Shown here: positions 51,561-62,036 of the stretch, in pieces
Numbering within the stretch: position 1 is the stretch's first letter
How the letters are laid out: each line of letters opens with the position of its first letter
Assembly: GCA_963810935.1 (NCBI GenBank)
Contig: CAWEPK010000008.1
Span: 767,483 to 831,482 of the forward strand
Direction of reading: 5' to 3'
From: an uncultured delta proteobacterium
GTDB lineage: Bacteria > Desulfobacterota > Syntrophorhabdia > Syntrophorhabdales > WCHB1-27
Length of the DNA stretch: 64,000 bases
Notes under the pieces: generated by a model
Told to the model about the DNA's origin: nothing
Database searches by the model: none
Seen by the model: only the letters and a program-made list of their open reading frames with translations
Position numbers and translations under genes: made by a program

Positions 51561-52586
51561 TCACGGATGAGCTTTTAAGTAATCGATACAGAACTTCACG
51601 GATTCCTCTCCGGGCAAGCCCTTCGCTTTCATATCATCCACGTAAGCCTTAAAAAGAGGTTTCACTTTCTCTACCGACTTCCGCGCCTCTTCGCCTGAAA
51701 TGTTGACGATCTTCATGCCTTTTGAGATGCCGAATTCCCTTCCCTCATTGTCAAGCTTTAGCCATAGCTCGCCGTGCTTTACCGCCCATTCATCATCGAT
51801 CCCATCGATAATCTTCTGGATATCGCGGGGCAAGGAATTCCACTTGTTCTTATTCATTACAAACACTGTCAAACCCGCGTAGTTAATTGAAGGGTTATCC
51901 TGCAGCCCCCTGATATTATCTCCATACTTCCACCCTTTCAGCGCTTCGGGATAGAAGAGTATGCCGTCGAGGAGGCCCCTCTGCAAACCCTCGTACACGT
52001 CCGACATAGGGACGGACACCGGTACGGCGCCCATTGCAGCAACAATCTTAGCCTCGTTCCCTCCGGCCCGTATTTTCAAACCTTTTAGCCCCTCTATGGA
52101 AGGGGTAGGCTTCTTGGTGAGGAAAACACCCGGACCCATGGCCGACAACCAAAGCATCTTGGTATCTTCGAATTCCTTCGGCTTGAATTTCTTGTACCAT
52201 GCGTTTGCGAGCCCGGTAGACTGCACCGCCGTTTTGAACCCTAACGGAAGAGCCAGAACTTCTGCCATAGGGAACCTTCCGGCGGTCCATGACGGAGCCG
52301 CCAAAGCGATATCTGCGATGTCCTTAACGACCGCCTCGTATGCCTGAACTGCCGGTACCAGTGTGCCCCCCGGAAAATAGACAACCTTGACCCTGCCGTT
52401 GGTCCTCTTTTCTACTTCCTTACACCATGCCTCTTCTATCGTAATAGCAACTTTATGCATAGGCGGCATGTAGCTCGCGAACTTTAGTTTGATGACCGGC
52501 CCTTCGGCCTGCGCAGAAAAACACGCAGCGCTAAAACAAACCAGAACGAAGAAGAAAACAAAGCTGAATCGTTGAAGACCTTTCAT
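51561..52586 (-). CDS. dctP: TRAP substrate-binding protein
   Basis: Signal peptide, EKRTNGRV, LKGLKIR, MNKNKWNSLP. Confidence 0.9.
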   Translation of the reverse strand: MKGLQRFSFVFFFVLVCFSAACFSAQAEGPVIKLKFASYMPPMHKVAITIEEAWCKEVEKRTNGRVKVVYFPGGTLVPAVQAYEAVVKDIADIALAAPSWTAGRFPMAEVLALPLGFKTAVQSTGLANAWYKKFKPKEFEDTKMLWLSAMGPGVFLTKKPTPSIEGLKGLKIRAGGNEAKIVAAMGAVPVSVPMSDVYEGLQRGLLDGILFYPEALKGWKYGDNIRGLQDNPSINYAGLTVFVMNKNKWNSLPRDIQKIIDGIDDEWAVKHGELWLKLDNEGREFGISKGMKIVNISGEEARKSVEKVKPLFKAYVDDMKAKGLPGEESVKFCIDYLKAHP

Positions 52587-52746
52587 AGAACCCTCCCATA
52601 TGCGTTCGGTCCTTGCAGACATTTATTCCGTGCTCCATGAATCTACCAACTTCTGTCCCGAATAGTACAGTCCTGTTAAGCCTTCATGACATCGATATTG
52701 CGTATCGAGCGCTTGCCGAAACCGTGCAATTTCGTATAAACGTATT

Positions 52747-52804
52747 TAGACCGAGCGCTCTATTCATATTCGCCACTATAGCAGTTGGCCATGCCCCATG
52801 TCAA
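52747..52804 (-). promoter_or_regulatory. Putative dctP promoter with degenerate operator copy
   Basis: Minus-strand TTGACA (52799-52804) and TATAGT (52775-52780); TAGACCGAGCGCTCTATTCA at 52747-52766. Confidence 0.5.
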
Positions 52805-52929
52805 GATTTTTTAAAGTATTCAAAAAAGAGCTTCGCCCATCTCAGCCGACTCTACGGTCGTCCTCCACCGGCGGGGCGTCTCAATTCAATACCCTCCGGT
52901 CGAAAAGGAGCATTAGAGAGAAAAAAGAG

Positions 52930-52989
52930 TTGACAACATTTAGTTAATTGCCTAATAATGAACAAGTCATAAATCGAGGGCTTGATCTA
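52930..52989 (+). promoter_or_regulatory. sigma70 promoter plus 20-bp palindromic operator
   Basis: TTGACA..TAATAAT then TAAATCGAGGGCTTGATCTA (52970-52989). Confidence 0.75.
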
Positions 52990-53169
52990 TAACAGGTAAA
53001 GCTCCGTTTCGAGGCCTCCTCTATGGGCCGGCAGGATGGAACTGCAAACAGGCACATTACGAGGCCCGGCTGAGCATATAGGAAATCGCGTAAAATGGGA
53101 ATCGGCAACAGGTCGGCAAGCAGGAAATCAGGGAACAAAAAATAGCTACGGACACGGAGGATTCGCAGA

Positions 53170-54747
53170 ATGGTACAAAATCGCTGGTTAACGGCAAAAG
53201 ACGTACTAAGGGTGAACGCGTTTGTGCATGCGAACAAAACAGGTGTGAAGGACCTGAACAAGTCATTCACGTTCAAGGAATGGAACGAGCGCTCATGCAG
53301 GTTGGCCAATGCGCTGGCCGATCTGGGAATGAAGAAAGGGGACCGTTTTGTCGTCTTGGCTTACAATTGCGTTGAATGGATGGATTTCTACGCTGCGGCC
53401 GCCAAGGGCGGGTTTGTCTGTGTACCACTGATGTTCAGGCTGGCAGCGCCGGAAATGGAATATATTGTGAACCATTGCGAGGCAAAGGTCTTCATCGTGC
53501 AGGACCAGTGGCTTGACCATGTAAATGGATTCAGGGCGAAACTGCCCACGGTCGAGAAATATATTTCTTTTGCCGTTAGGGATGAAGATTTTGAGGGCTA
53601 CTTGCCTTATGAGAAACTACTGGCGAAGGCCAGCCCCGACGAACCGGGCACTATTGTAGACCTCGAAGATATATGGGTGCTCATGTATACAGGCGGCACT
53701 ACCGGGTTTCCGAAAGGGGTTATGAAGAGCCACGGCTCTCTGGTCGCCTCCTATCTTGTTGAGATTTTCGAGCATAGGTTCGAAACAACCGATGTCTGCC
53801 TGCTCGTGATGCCATGCTGCCACGTTAATTCACTCTATATGTCATTTGCCGTTACGTGGGTCGGCGGCGCCGTCATGTGCTACAACATGAATAGCTTCGA
53901 TCCTGAAGACCTGCTCGGAGTTTTCTCCGAACATGGGGTAACCTTCACTTCCTTAGTACCCACGCATTACACTATGCTGCTGAATCTGCCTGAGGCCGTG
54001 AAGAACAAATATAATCGAGGGTCTGTAAAGAAGCTTCTCATCTCTTCTGCCCCTGCTCGAAGGGATACTAAACTGGCCATAATGGAGATGTTCCCGAATA
54101 GCGAACTCTACGAGGCGTACGGGTCGACGGAAACGGGTCTTGTTACTGTCCTCAAGCCCGAGGAACAACTGTCCAAGCTTGGCTCTTGCGGCCGCGAAGC
54201 GATCGGCACGGACATTGTCCTCTTGTACGACGAAAATGGCGAAATTGTTACCGAACCGAACAAGATCGGAGAGATTTATGCCAGAAGCCCCATGATGCTG
54301 TCAGGCTACTGGAAGGACCCGGATAAATTCGCTTCCGCCAGGAAAGGCGAGTATTTCAGCGCCGGCGACATGGGCATGCGGGACGAGGACGGCTACCTGT
54401 ATCTCGTTGACCGGAAAGCCAACATGATCATCACGGGGGGGGAGAACGTCTATCCCACCGAGGTGGAGGCCTGCGTTGGAAGTCATCCGAAGGTGAAAGA
54501 AGTTGCCGTCATCGGCATACCTCATAAAAAATGGGGCGAAGAGGTGACTGCGGTAGTGGTGATTCGGGAAGGGGAGACTGCGACCCCGGAAGAGATATCG
54601 CTCTATTGCAGGGGAAAGATTGCCGGGTTTAAGGTCCCGAAAAAAGTTATCTTCATCCAAGACGAGGAGATGCCGAGAACCGGCGTGGGCAAGATATTGC
54701 ATCGGGTGCTTCGCGAGAAATACGGCATGTGGAAGGACCAGGTGTAG
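53170..54747 (+). CDS. Acyl-CoA synthetase (AMP-forming)
   Basis: YTGGTTGFPKG, YGSTE, GDMG, IITGGENVYP, GKIL. Confidence 0.92.
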   Translation: MVQNRWLTAKDVLRVNAFVHANKTGVKDLNKSFTFKEWNERSCRLANALADLGMKKGDRFVVLAYNCVEWMDFYAAAAKGGFVCVPLMFRLAAPEMEYIVNHCEAKVFIVQDQWLDHVNGFRAKLPTVEKYISFAVRDEDFEGYLPYEKLLAKASPDEPGTIVDLEDIWVLMYTGGTTGFPKGVMKSHGSLVASYLVEIFEHRFETTDVCLLVMPCCHVNSLYMSFAVTWVGGAVMCYNMNSFDPEDLLGVFSEHGVTFTSLVPTHYTMLLNLPEAVKNKYNRGSVKKLLISSAPARRDTKLAIMEMFPNSELYEAYGSTETGLVTVLKPEEQLSKLGSCGREAIGTDIVLLYDENGEIVTEPNKIGEIYARSPMMLSGYWKDPDKFASARKGEYFSAGDMGMRDEDGYLYLVDRKANMIITGGENVYPTEVEACVGSHPKVKEVAVIGIPHKKWGEEVTAVVVIREGETATPEEISLYCRGKIAGFKVPKKVIFIQDEEMPRTGVGKILHRVLREKYGMWKDQV

Positions 54748-54799
54748 GGGGCCCGTAATCGTAAGAACGGCGGATGCGCCCGATGAAGAGGGAGATACC

Positions 54800-55959
54800 A
54801 TGGCCGAAACGGGACAGCAAAGTGGCTTGACCGACGTTTCGAAACATTATGCGGAATACGGAATAAGGGCGAAGGAACTCAAAGATTCGGGCAAGACCGT
54901 AATTGGTTATCTTACGGCTCTTATGCCGGTTGAGATTCTGACTGCGGCCGGAGTGATACCCTTGCGACTGAAGGGAAACGCGGGGGAACCGACAACGAAA
55001 GCCGATCGGTGCATGGAGACTATAGTCTGTCCCTTCGTTCGCAGCGTGTTTGATTCGGCGCTCAAAGGCAAATATAAATTTTTGGACGGCATCGTATTAC
55101 CCCATCTATGCGATAGTATCGAAAAAACAAACGACGTGTGGAGGTACAATCTGAACCTGCCGTACTGGTATTTTCTGAATGTACCGCACCTGGCGGATGG
55201 ACCATCGGTAAAGCTCATGAGCTACATACTCAAAGAATTCATTCGAAGTCTGGAAGGATTTACCGGCAATGCGATCACGGACGAGGCTCTCGCCCTTGCG
55301 ATCAGGGCGCATAATGAGAACCGGCGGGTCATGCGCGACCTTTACCTCCTGAGGCGAACGAGCCCCCCTCTTATCTCCGGTGTGGAAATGATGAAGGTCC
55401 TCGTGGCAGCAATGAGCCTCCCCGTTCAGGAATCGAGCGATCTGATTGGAAAAGTGACGGAAGAGGTGAAAGGCAGAATAAGGCCGCCACAGGATGGTAA
55501 GCCGCGTATCATGCTTGTGGGAGACCAGGTGGATGATACCGCCCTCGTAGAAGCGATTGAGGAAGCGGGGGCCTGGGTGACAATGGACGATATCTCCATC
55601 GGAAGCAAGATGTACTGGAATGATGTCGATGAGACCGCCGACCCGATTGAAGGTATCGCGGAACGCTACCTGAAGAAGTTAAAACTACCGACGACCTTTA
55701 TTAGTTCCGGTCACGGTTACGAAAAGGACCTGGAAACCCGCTTCGTTCACCTGAAGGAGTACGCCGAGGATTTCAACGTAACGGCGGTAATTCTTCTTAC
55801 CTATAAGTGCTGTGATCCGTATGGCTTTGAAGCGCCGGCGCTCGAGAGCTATCTGACCGCTACGGGCAGGTCGGTACTCCACATCGAGGATGAGTATCAG
55901 TCTTTTGCCCTTCAACGGGTAAAGACTAGGTCGAGGCGTTCCTCGAAATGATTGTCTAG
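54800..55959 (+). CDS. 2-hydroxyacyl-CoA dehydratase / benzoyl-CoA reductase subunit (BzdN/BcrC/HgdB-like); frameshift near 55930
   Basis: MPVEILTAAG, CPFVRS, HLCDS, KCCDP; corrected end KTRVEAFLEMIV. Confidence 0.85.
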
Positions 55960-55973
55960 AGAGGACTTTGCAA

Positions 55974-57305
55974 ATGGCTGAGCAGAAGGCAACAAGGGCC
56001 GTAGCGACGCGGGCAGCAGCAAAAATACCTCAGTTGGCAAGAAACAATCTTGCCGCTACGGTAAGGGCGAAACAAGAAGGGAAGAAGGTTGCGTACGCAT
56101 TCATATTCGATCAACATGACGAAATCATGAGGGCTATGGATATCGTCCCGGCATGGGGCGAAAGCTTTTCGGGCATATGCGCAGCCAAGCGTGTGGCGGA
56201 ACGCTATTTGAGTAAAGCCGAAACGGGAGGTTTTTCCCGCTCACTCTGCACCTATGCGACGTGTAATCTCGGTCTTGACATAATGCGGGAAGAACTGGAT
56301 GGCGAAATGCCGCCTAACGTTCCCTGGGGAGGTATAGGCAGACCCGACATGATCTTGGGGAGCGCACAGCAGGCCTGTGATCCCCGGTTCAAGTGGCCCC
56401 AGGCAACGCAACATTACCTGCGCGATGTCCCCGTCTTTGTCGGCGGTATGTATTATCCGCCCTGGGATCCAGAAACGGACCACAGGACCCAGGAGAAGTA
56501 CTACGTGGAATACGTTGCCGACGAGCTTCGGGAATGCGTGCGTTTCTGCGAAAGAGTGACCGGCAAGAAAATGGATTGGGATAAGCTTGAAGCCATAGTG
56601 GACCTGACGGACCGGACCTGGAATATCTTCTTTGAAACGTACGAGCTGCGTAAAGCTGTCCCTGCCCCCATGGACACGGGCGATGCGATGAATACTATGG
56701 TGCCCTTCGCGTTCAATATGGGCACCCAAGAAGCCTATGATTTCTATGTCGATCTTCAGCAAGAGCTCAAGGAAAGGGTTCAGAATAAGGAAGGCGTCGC
56801 GGAGGATGAGAAACACCGGCTCATTTGGGCGGCGGGACTCCCTTCCTGGTTTGCGCTGGGTGATTTTCAGTACTTCAACGGCAAAGGCGCTGTTTTCCCT
56901 GTAGAGATCGCCTACCGAAATGGCGAAATATTGAACAGGCTCGATCTTCCGAAAGTGAGCGATCCCCTTGAGCACATTGCCTGGCGTTGGGTGCGATATA
57001 AAACGCACTGGTACGACAAAGCACGGCAGCGTCCCGGCTCTCTTCCCGCTGTAGAGCGCATCATTGAGTATATTGAGGAATACAAGCTTGACGGCGCGGT
57101 ATTCCATTCCGCCTTTTCATGCCGCACCGAACACACTGGAATCCTTCTCCAGGCGGAGATCCTCAAGAAGGTCTACCCGAATATACCGATTCTCCTTATG
57201 GAGGGCGACATAGTGGATATAAGCTCTTACAACGAGGCCGACACGCACAGCAGGATCGACTCCTTCGTAGAAGTTCTTTCAGCTAAGGGGAATAGGTGCG
57301 GTTGA
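55974..57305 (+). CDS. 2-hydroxyacyl-CoA dehydratase / benzoyl-CoA reductase subunit (BzdO/BcrB/HgdA-like)
   Basis: SLCTYA, ACD, DGAVFH..SCR, EGDIVD, RIDSFVE. Confidence 0.85.
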   Translation: MAEQKATRAVATRAAAKIPQLARNNLAATVRAKQEGKKVAYAFIFDQHDEIMRAMDIVPAWGESFSGICAAKRVAERYLSKAETGGFSRSLCTYATCNLGLDIMREELDGEMPPNVPWGGIGRPDMILGSAQQACDPRFKWPQATQHYLRDVPVFVGGMYYPPWDPETDHRTQEKYYVEYVADELRECVRFCERVTGKKMDWDKLEAIVDLTDRTWNIFFETYELRKAVPAPMDTGDAMNTMVPFAFNMGTQEAYDFYVDLQQELKERVQNKEGVAEDEKHRLIWAAGLPSWFALGDFQYFNGKGAVFPVEIAYRNGEILNRLDLPKVSDPLEHIAWRWVRYKTHWYDKARQRPGSLPAVERIIEYIEEYKLDGAVFHSAFSCRTEHTGILLQAEILKKVYPNIPILLMEGDIVDISSYNEADTHSRIDSFVEVLSAKGNRCG

Positions 57306-57418
57306 AGACGACGGAATCGCTGGAGTAGCCCCCTTTTCAACCGGACACCCATACAAACCTAATTTTGGTTGTAGTAATAGCCTCAGTGCTAGTACTATAA
57401 CCAAGTACAAGGAGGCGT

Positions 57419-57796
57419 ATGGGTCCGGTAGAGATCATCACATCCGTGCAGAGAAGAAGGCATTGGACGGCAAAGCAGAAGAAGGCCATGGTGGAAGAGG
57501 CGGACCAGCCGGGCAACAGCCTTTCTTCTGTAGCCAGGAAGTATGAGGTCCATCCCAACCAGCTGTTCAGGTGGAGACGCCTCATGCAGGAAGGCGCCCT
57601 GGTTGCCGCAGGCTCCGAAGACCAGGTGGTCCCCCTCTCCGAGGTAAAGGAGCTTAAGGCCGAGATCAAGGAGCTGCAAAGGCTTCTTGGTAAGAAGACC
57701 ATGGAAGTAGAGATTCTCAAGGACGCTATCCGGATAGCCCGTGAAAAAAAACTTATCTCGCGCGTGCCCTTGTCCATGAAGGACGATACAAAATGA
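57419..57796 (+). CDS. IS3 transposase OrfA (HTH)
   Basis: RRRHW..KK, VARKYEVHPNQLFRWRR, leucine zipper; A8 slippery run at 57744-57751. Confidence 0.92.
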   Translation: MGPVEIITSVQRRRHWTAKQKKAMVEEADQPGNSLSSVARKYEVHPNQLFRWRRLMQEGALVAAGSEDQVVPLSEVKELKAEIKELQRLLGKKTMEVEILKDAIRIAREKKLISRVPLSMKDDTK

Positions 57797-58620
57797 AGAC
57801 CATTACTGACACCCTGGAAATATCACGGTCCAATCAGCATGATCAGAGGAAGGCCAGGACACGCTACCATAAGCCCGATGACGAGAAGGACCTGTCATTG
57901 ATAAAGAGCTTGACCGACCAAAGACCTACCTGGGGCTACAGGAGGGTATGCGCTCTTTTGAACAGAAGCCTTGTAAATAAGGGGCAACCGAGGGTGAACC
58001 ACAAAAGGGTCTATCGCCTGATGAAGCTCCACCATCTCCTTCTCCAGAAACATACCGGCAGACCGATCCGCCTGCATGAAGGCACCGTCATTACCCTGAA
58101 AAGCAATATGCGCTGGTGCTCCGATATGTTCGAGATACCCTGTTGGAACGGCCAGAAGGTAAGAGTCGTCTTTGCCCTGGACTGTTCCGACAGGGAGGTC
58201 TTGAGTTACTTAGCAACTACGGGAGGCATATCCGGGGAGATGGTAAGAGACGTCATGGCCCTGGCCATAGAAAACCGCTTCGGGTCGGGGGCAAAACCCC
58301 ATGTCATCCAGTGGCTCTCTGATAATGGCTCCGCTTATACAGCCTATGAGACGCAGTCCTTTGCCCGGTTCATTGGCCTGGAGCCCCGCACAACCCCTTA
58401 CTATAGTCCTGAGTCTAACGGGATGGCCGAATCCTTCGTTAAGACCTTCAAACGGGACTACATGGCCATGCATAATCTTGATACTGCCGAAAGGGTTATG
58501 GAACAGCTTCCTTCCTGGTTCGAGGACTATAACGAGTATCATCCCCACAAGGGGCTTAAAATGAAGTCGCCGAGGGAGTATAGGAGGTCGTTGGCTAAGT
58601 TAGAGGGGTGTCCGGTTTGA
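57793..58620 (+). CDS. IS3 transposase OrfB (DDE integrase core)
   Basis: WGYRR, NHKRVYR, WCSD, SDNGS, NGMAESFVKTFKRDY. Confidence 0.95.
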   Translation: MKTITDTLEISRSNQHDQRKARTRYHKPDDEKDLSLIKSLTDQRPTWGYRRVCALLNRSLVNKGQPRVNHKRVYRLMKLHHLLLQKHTGRPIRLHEGTVITLKSNMRWCSDMFEIPCWNGQKVRVVFALDCSDREVLSYLATTGGISGEMVRDVMALAIENRFGSGAKPHVIQWLSDNGSAYTAYETQSFARFIGLEPRTTPYYSPESNGMAESFVKTFKRDYMAMHNLDTAERVMEQLPSWFEDYNEYHPHKGLKMKSPREYRRSLAKLEGCPV

Positions 58621-58736
58621 TAGGGGCAACTCCAATCGCATGATGCGTGAAACGTCACCACAGGCGGGCGGACGCAACATGATGCGTAATTATTATCAGT
58701 CCGCCCACCTGGGTCACGAAAGGACGATAGCTCCTG

Positions 58737-59927
58737 CTACTCTGTCTTCTCGATGATAATCGCTTCTCCGTGACCGCTGCCGCCGCAGAGCGTAGCGAGG
58801 CCGCGCGTGAGACCGCGCTTTTCCATCTCATGGATCAGGGTCACCACGAGCCTGCAGCCGGTATTGCCGATGGGATGGCCGAGGGCTATGCCCCCTCCAT
58901 TCACATTCAGGATATCCGTTGACATCCCGAGTTCCCGCACTACAGCAACACATGGAGCCGCGAAGGCCTCGTTCATCTCTATGAGCTCCATATCCGCTAC
59001 CTTCAGGCCTGTTTTCTTCATTAACTTTCTCACCGCCGGAATGGGGCCGATCCCCATGATCTTCGGGTCTACTCCGACCGCGGCGGCGCCCACTATTCTC
59101 CACCTCCTGGTCAGGTTAAGCCTGTCGGCAAGCTCTCTCGATACTATTAAGACTGCGGAGGCGCCGTCATTGAGGCCTGATGAATTTCCGGCAGTAACTG
59201 TCCCGTCATCCTTGAACGCGGGGGGCAATTTGGCCAGGCCTTCAAGGGTAGTATCGGGACGCGGGTGCTCGTCGGTATCAAAAACCTTGTCTGGTTTTCC
59301 CCGCTTTTTGGGAACAGTGACGGGAACTATTTCGTCTCTGAAGCGTCCCTCCTCGAGCGCCTTCTTTGCGCGCATCTGGCTGGTGTAGGAGAAGAGGTCC
59401 TGATCCTCGCGTGTGACGTGGAACTGTTCGGCTACGTTTTCCGCGGTCATTCCCATGAGGAGACCGGCGGCCTGATCGAAAAGACCGTCCCACATGCCGT
59501 CTGACAGCACCTGGTGCCTGAGCCTTAAGCCCCATCGGGCATTCTTTATGTTATATGCAACATTGCTCATGCTTTCACCGCCGCCAGCCAGTATAGCGTC
59601 CGCTTCCCCCAGACGGATGGCCATAGACCCTATCCTGATTGCCTCCATCGAAGAGCAGCAAGCCCTGGAAAGCTGAACCGCCGACACCTCCTCAGGAATG
59701 CCTGCATTCAACTCCGCGCAGCGGGCTAGCCCATTTTCATCGCTGTTGAGCATAACTGTGCCCCAGAAGACGTCGCCCAGCTCGTGTTTGGGAAAGTTGA
59801 TCCTTTCACATACCTCCCTCATCATAATAGTGGCCAGTTCGGTATGGGATACCTCCCTCAGGCCGCTCCCGAAATCGGCGATAGCTGTCCTTACTGCCGA
59901 GACAATGATAGGGTCTCTCTTGTCCAT
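58737..59927 (-). CDS. Acetyl-CoA C-acyltransferase (thiolase)
   Basis: SAVRTA, ACCSS catalytic Cys, NEAFA, GHPIG, LCGGSG. Confidence 0.93.
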   Translation of the reverse strand: MDKRDPIIVSAVRTAIADFGSGLREVSHTELATIMMREVCERINFPKHELGDVFWGTVMLNSDENGLARCAELNAGIPEEVSAVQLSRACCSSMEAIRIGSMAIRLGEADAILAGGGESMSNVAYNIKNARWGLRLRHQVLSDGMWDGLFDQAAGLLMGMTAENVAEQFHVTREDQDLFSYTSQMRAKKALEEGRFRDEIVPVTVPKKRGKPDKVFDTDEHPRPDTTLEGLAKLPPAFKDDGTVTAGNSSGLNDGASAVLIVSRELADRLNLTRRWRIVGAAAVGVDPKIMGIGPIPAVRKLMKKTGLKVADMELIEMNEAFAAPCVAVVRELGMSTDILNVNGGGIALGHPIGNTGCRLVVTLIHEMEKRGLTRGLATLCGGSGHGEAIIIEKTE

Positions 59928-59973
59928 ACAATTCTCCTTTTGTCGTTTCTCTACTAACGCGTGGTCGGGTCTT

Positions 59974-60771
59974 CTATCTTCCCTTGAATCGCGGACGCCG
60001 CTTCTCCGTAAAAGCCTTCAGCCCCTCTTTCTGATCTTCAGTACTGTAGAGCATGGAAAAACCGAGTTTCTCCAGTTCGAGGGCGTCATCAAGTCCCATA
60101 TTAATGCCTTTGTCAATTACAGTCTTTGCGACCTGCAGGCCGAAAGGAGGCAATGCCTTGAATTTGCCGGCATAAGCCTTTGCTTCACTAAGAAGAGTAC
60201 CCTCTTTCACGACTTTAGTCAGGAGACCGAGCTCATATGCCCGATTCCCAGTGACGGGCTCGCCGGTGAGAACAAGCTCTTTTGTCCTTGCGACTCCAAT
60301 CAGTCGCGACAGACGCTGAGTCCCGCCGGCTCCGGGCATAATACCGAGGGTTATTTCCGGCAAACCCAATTTTACGTTCTCCGTACCGACCCTGAAGTCG
60401 CAGCATAGAGCCATCTCGAGGCCTCCGCCGAAGGCGTACCCGGCTATCGCGGCGATTGTCGGTTTACTCATTCGTGACAGGTGTCGATAGACGGCCTGAG
60501 TCGGATAATGCATTTCATACATCCTCACGGGAGTCGGCTCTTCGCCGTGACCGGCGACGATGTCGTTCACATCGGTACCCGCAATAAAGAATTTTTCGCC
60601 CCCGGTTATGACCACGGCAGCAATATCCGCATCACTTTCCGCATCGAAGAGTGCACTGTCGATTTCTCCAGCCATTTGCGCTGTTATGGCATTCCTCTTA
60701 TGAGGAAGATTGAACGTGATTATGGCTACGCCTTCCTCTTTCGCGTAGAGGATCGACTGATATGCCATCAT
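59974..60771 (-). CDS. Enoyl-CoA hydratase/isomerase (crotonase family)
   Basis: AGTD, GGGLEMALCCD, LPEITLG..PGAGGTQRL, EKRRPRF. Confidence 0.93.
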   Translation of the reverse strand: MMAYQSILYAKEEGVAIITFNLPHKRNAITAQMAGEIDSALFDAESDADIAAVVITGGEKFFIAGTDVNDIVAGHGEEPTPVRMYEMHYPTQAVYRHLSRMSKPTIAAIAGYAFGGGLEMALCCDFRVGTENVKLGLPEITLGIMPGAGGTQRLSRLIGVARTKELVLTGEPVTGNRAYELGLLTKVVKEGTLLSEAKAYAGKFKALPPFGLQVAKTVIDKGINMGLDDALELEKLGFSMLYSTEDQKEGLKAFTEKRRPRFKGR

Positions 60772-61634
60772 CCCTCCCCCTTTGCCGGATAATCAAACCA
60801 TCCCTTCGACGCTTTTCTCCCGGTGTGCCCCGCCTCTACCTTTCTCTTTAAGATAGGCGGCGGCCTGAAGCGATCTCCGTACTCCTCTTGAAGCATACTC
60901 GTAACTGCAAACGCCAGATCAATACCTACCAGGTCCTGACTATCGAATATCCCCACCGGATGGTTCAGCCCTAACTTGACGGCTTTATCTATGTCGGCAG
61001 GCGATGCTACCCCTTCGTAGACTATCCTCCATGCCTCGTTGAAGAACGCAAAAAGCAACCTGTTAACTACAAATCCCGCACAGTCCGCGACTCTTATGGG
61101 CTCCTTGTTGATGCTCCTCACTATCGCCGTCGCCCTTATGGCCGTCTCTTCACCGGTACCCATGCCGGGGATCACCTCCACCAACTTCATTACGGAGGCC
61201 GGGCTAAAAAAATGCAACCCTATGAACTTGTCGGGTCGCGCGGTAGAAGCAGCGAGCCGGCTGATAGGAATGGAAGACGTGTTCGTTGCGATAATACAAT
61301 CGGCATTGCAGACAGCGCCTAGTTCCTTGTAGACCGTTTTCTTGACCTCTGCCTGCTCGACAACGGCCTCGATCACTATTTCAGCCTTTTCAAAACCCTC
61401 GTATGTCGCTAAGGGCACGATGCGATCTATAACCTTCGTTTGTTCCTCGCTCGCAATGCGTCCCTTCTGGACCCACCTGCCCAGCACCCGTTCAGCTTTG
61501 GCACGTCCGGCAGCCGCCAGCTCCAGGCTTGCGTCCTTCAGCAATACCTTACTGCCGCTAAGCGCAAAGCAGAGGGCGATCTCTGCCCCCATCATCCCGG
61601 CTCCCACAACGCCAACGTCCTTCACGGTCTCCAT
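60768..61634 (-). CDS. 3-hydroxyacyl-CoA dehydrogenase
   Basis: GAGMMG, EAVVE, NTSSI, GLHFFSP, GFVVNR. Confidence 0.93.
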   Translation of the reverse strand: METVKDVGVVGAGMMGAEIALCFALSGSKVLLKDASLELAAAGRAKAERVLGRWVQKGRIASEEQTKVIDRIVPLATYEGFEKAEIVIEAVVEQAEVKKTVYKELGAVCNADCIIATNTSSIPISRLAASTARPDKFIGLHFFSPASVMKLVEVIPGMGTGEETAIRATAIVRSINKEPIRVADCAGFVVNRLLFAFFNEAWRIVYEGVASPADIDKAVKLGLNHPVGIFDSQDLVGIDLAFAVTSMLQEEYGDRFRPPPILKRKVEAGHTGRKASKGWFDYPAKGEG

Positions 61635-61726
61635 GTCTTAACCTCCTACCCCATTTCTTAATCCTCAGCTCTCAGGAAAACCGGACCACCGAGGCCGTAT
61701 CAGCCAGCAGAACTTTCTCTGCGATT

Positions 61727-61787
61727 TAGATCAAGCACTCGATTTATGACAATGGTTATTATCGGGCAATCGGACAATCGTTGTCAA
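61727..61787 (-). promoter_or_regulatory. sigma70 promoter plus 20-bp palindromic operator for the HAD-ECH-thiolase operon
   Basis: Minus strand TTGACAAC..ATTGCC..GATAAT..GTCATAAATCGAGTGCTTGATCTA, closely similar to 52930-52989. Confidence 0.78.
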
Positions 61788-62036
61788 GCCTTTTCTTTCC
61801 TATGAAATATCACCCCTAACAACAGCAAAGGCGCCGAAGGGAGGTGCTCCGGTGGAAAAGGGAGTAGCTTTCATGGCAGAAAGGGCAAGGGGTTTGCTTT
61901 CTGAAGACCGGTCCTAATCTTCTCCTCGTAATGACAAAAACCGGGAGGAAACACCGAAACGAATACTTTTACGTCAGCGGCCTCATTATGACCAGGGCCG
62001 AAAAAAGGGAAGGTCTGCTTCTTCCCGAACGGCACA

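Larger units (their letters stand above)
57321..58634 (+). mobile_element. IS3-family insertion sequence (IS2-like), complete, 1314 bp
   Basis: TG...CA termini; IRL TGGAGTAGCCCCC..CCGGACACCC and IRR GGGTGTCCGG..GGGGCAACTCCA; 5-bp DR ATCGC at 57316-57320 and 58635-58639. Confidence 0.95.
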
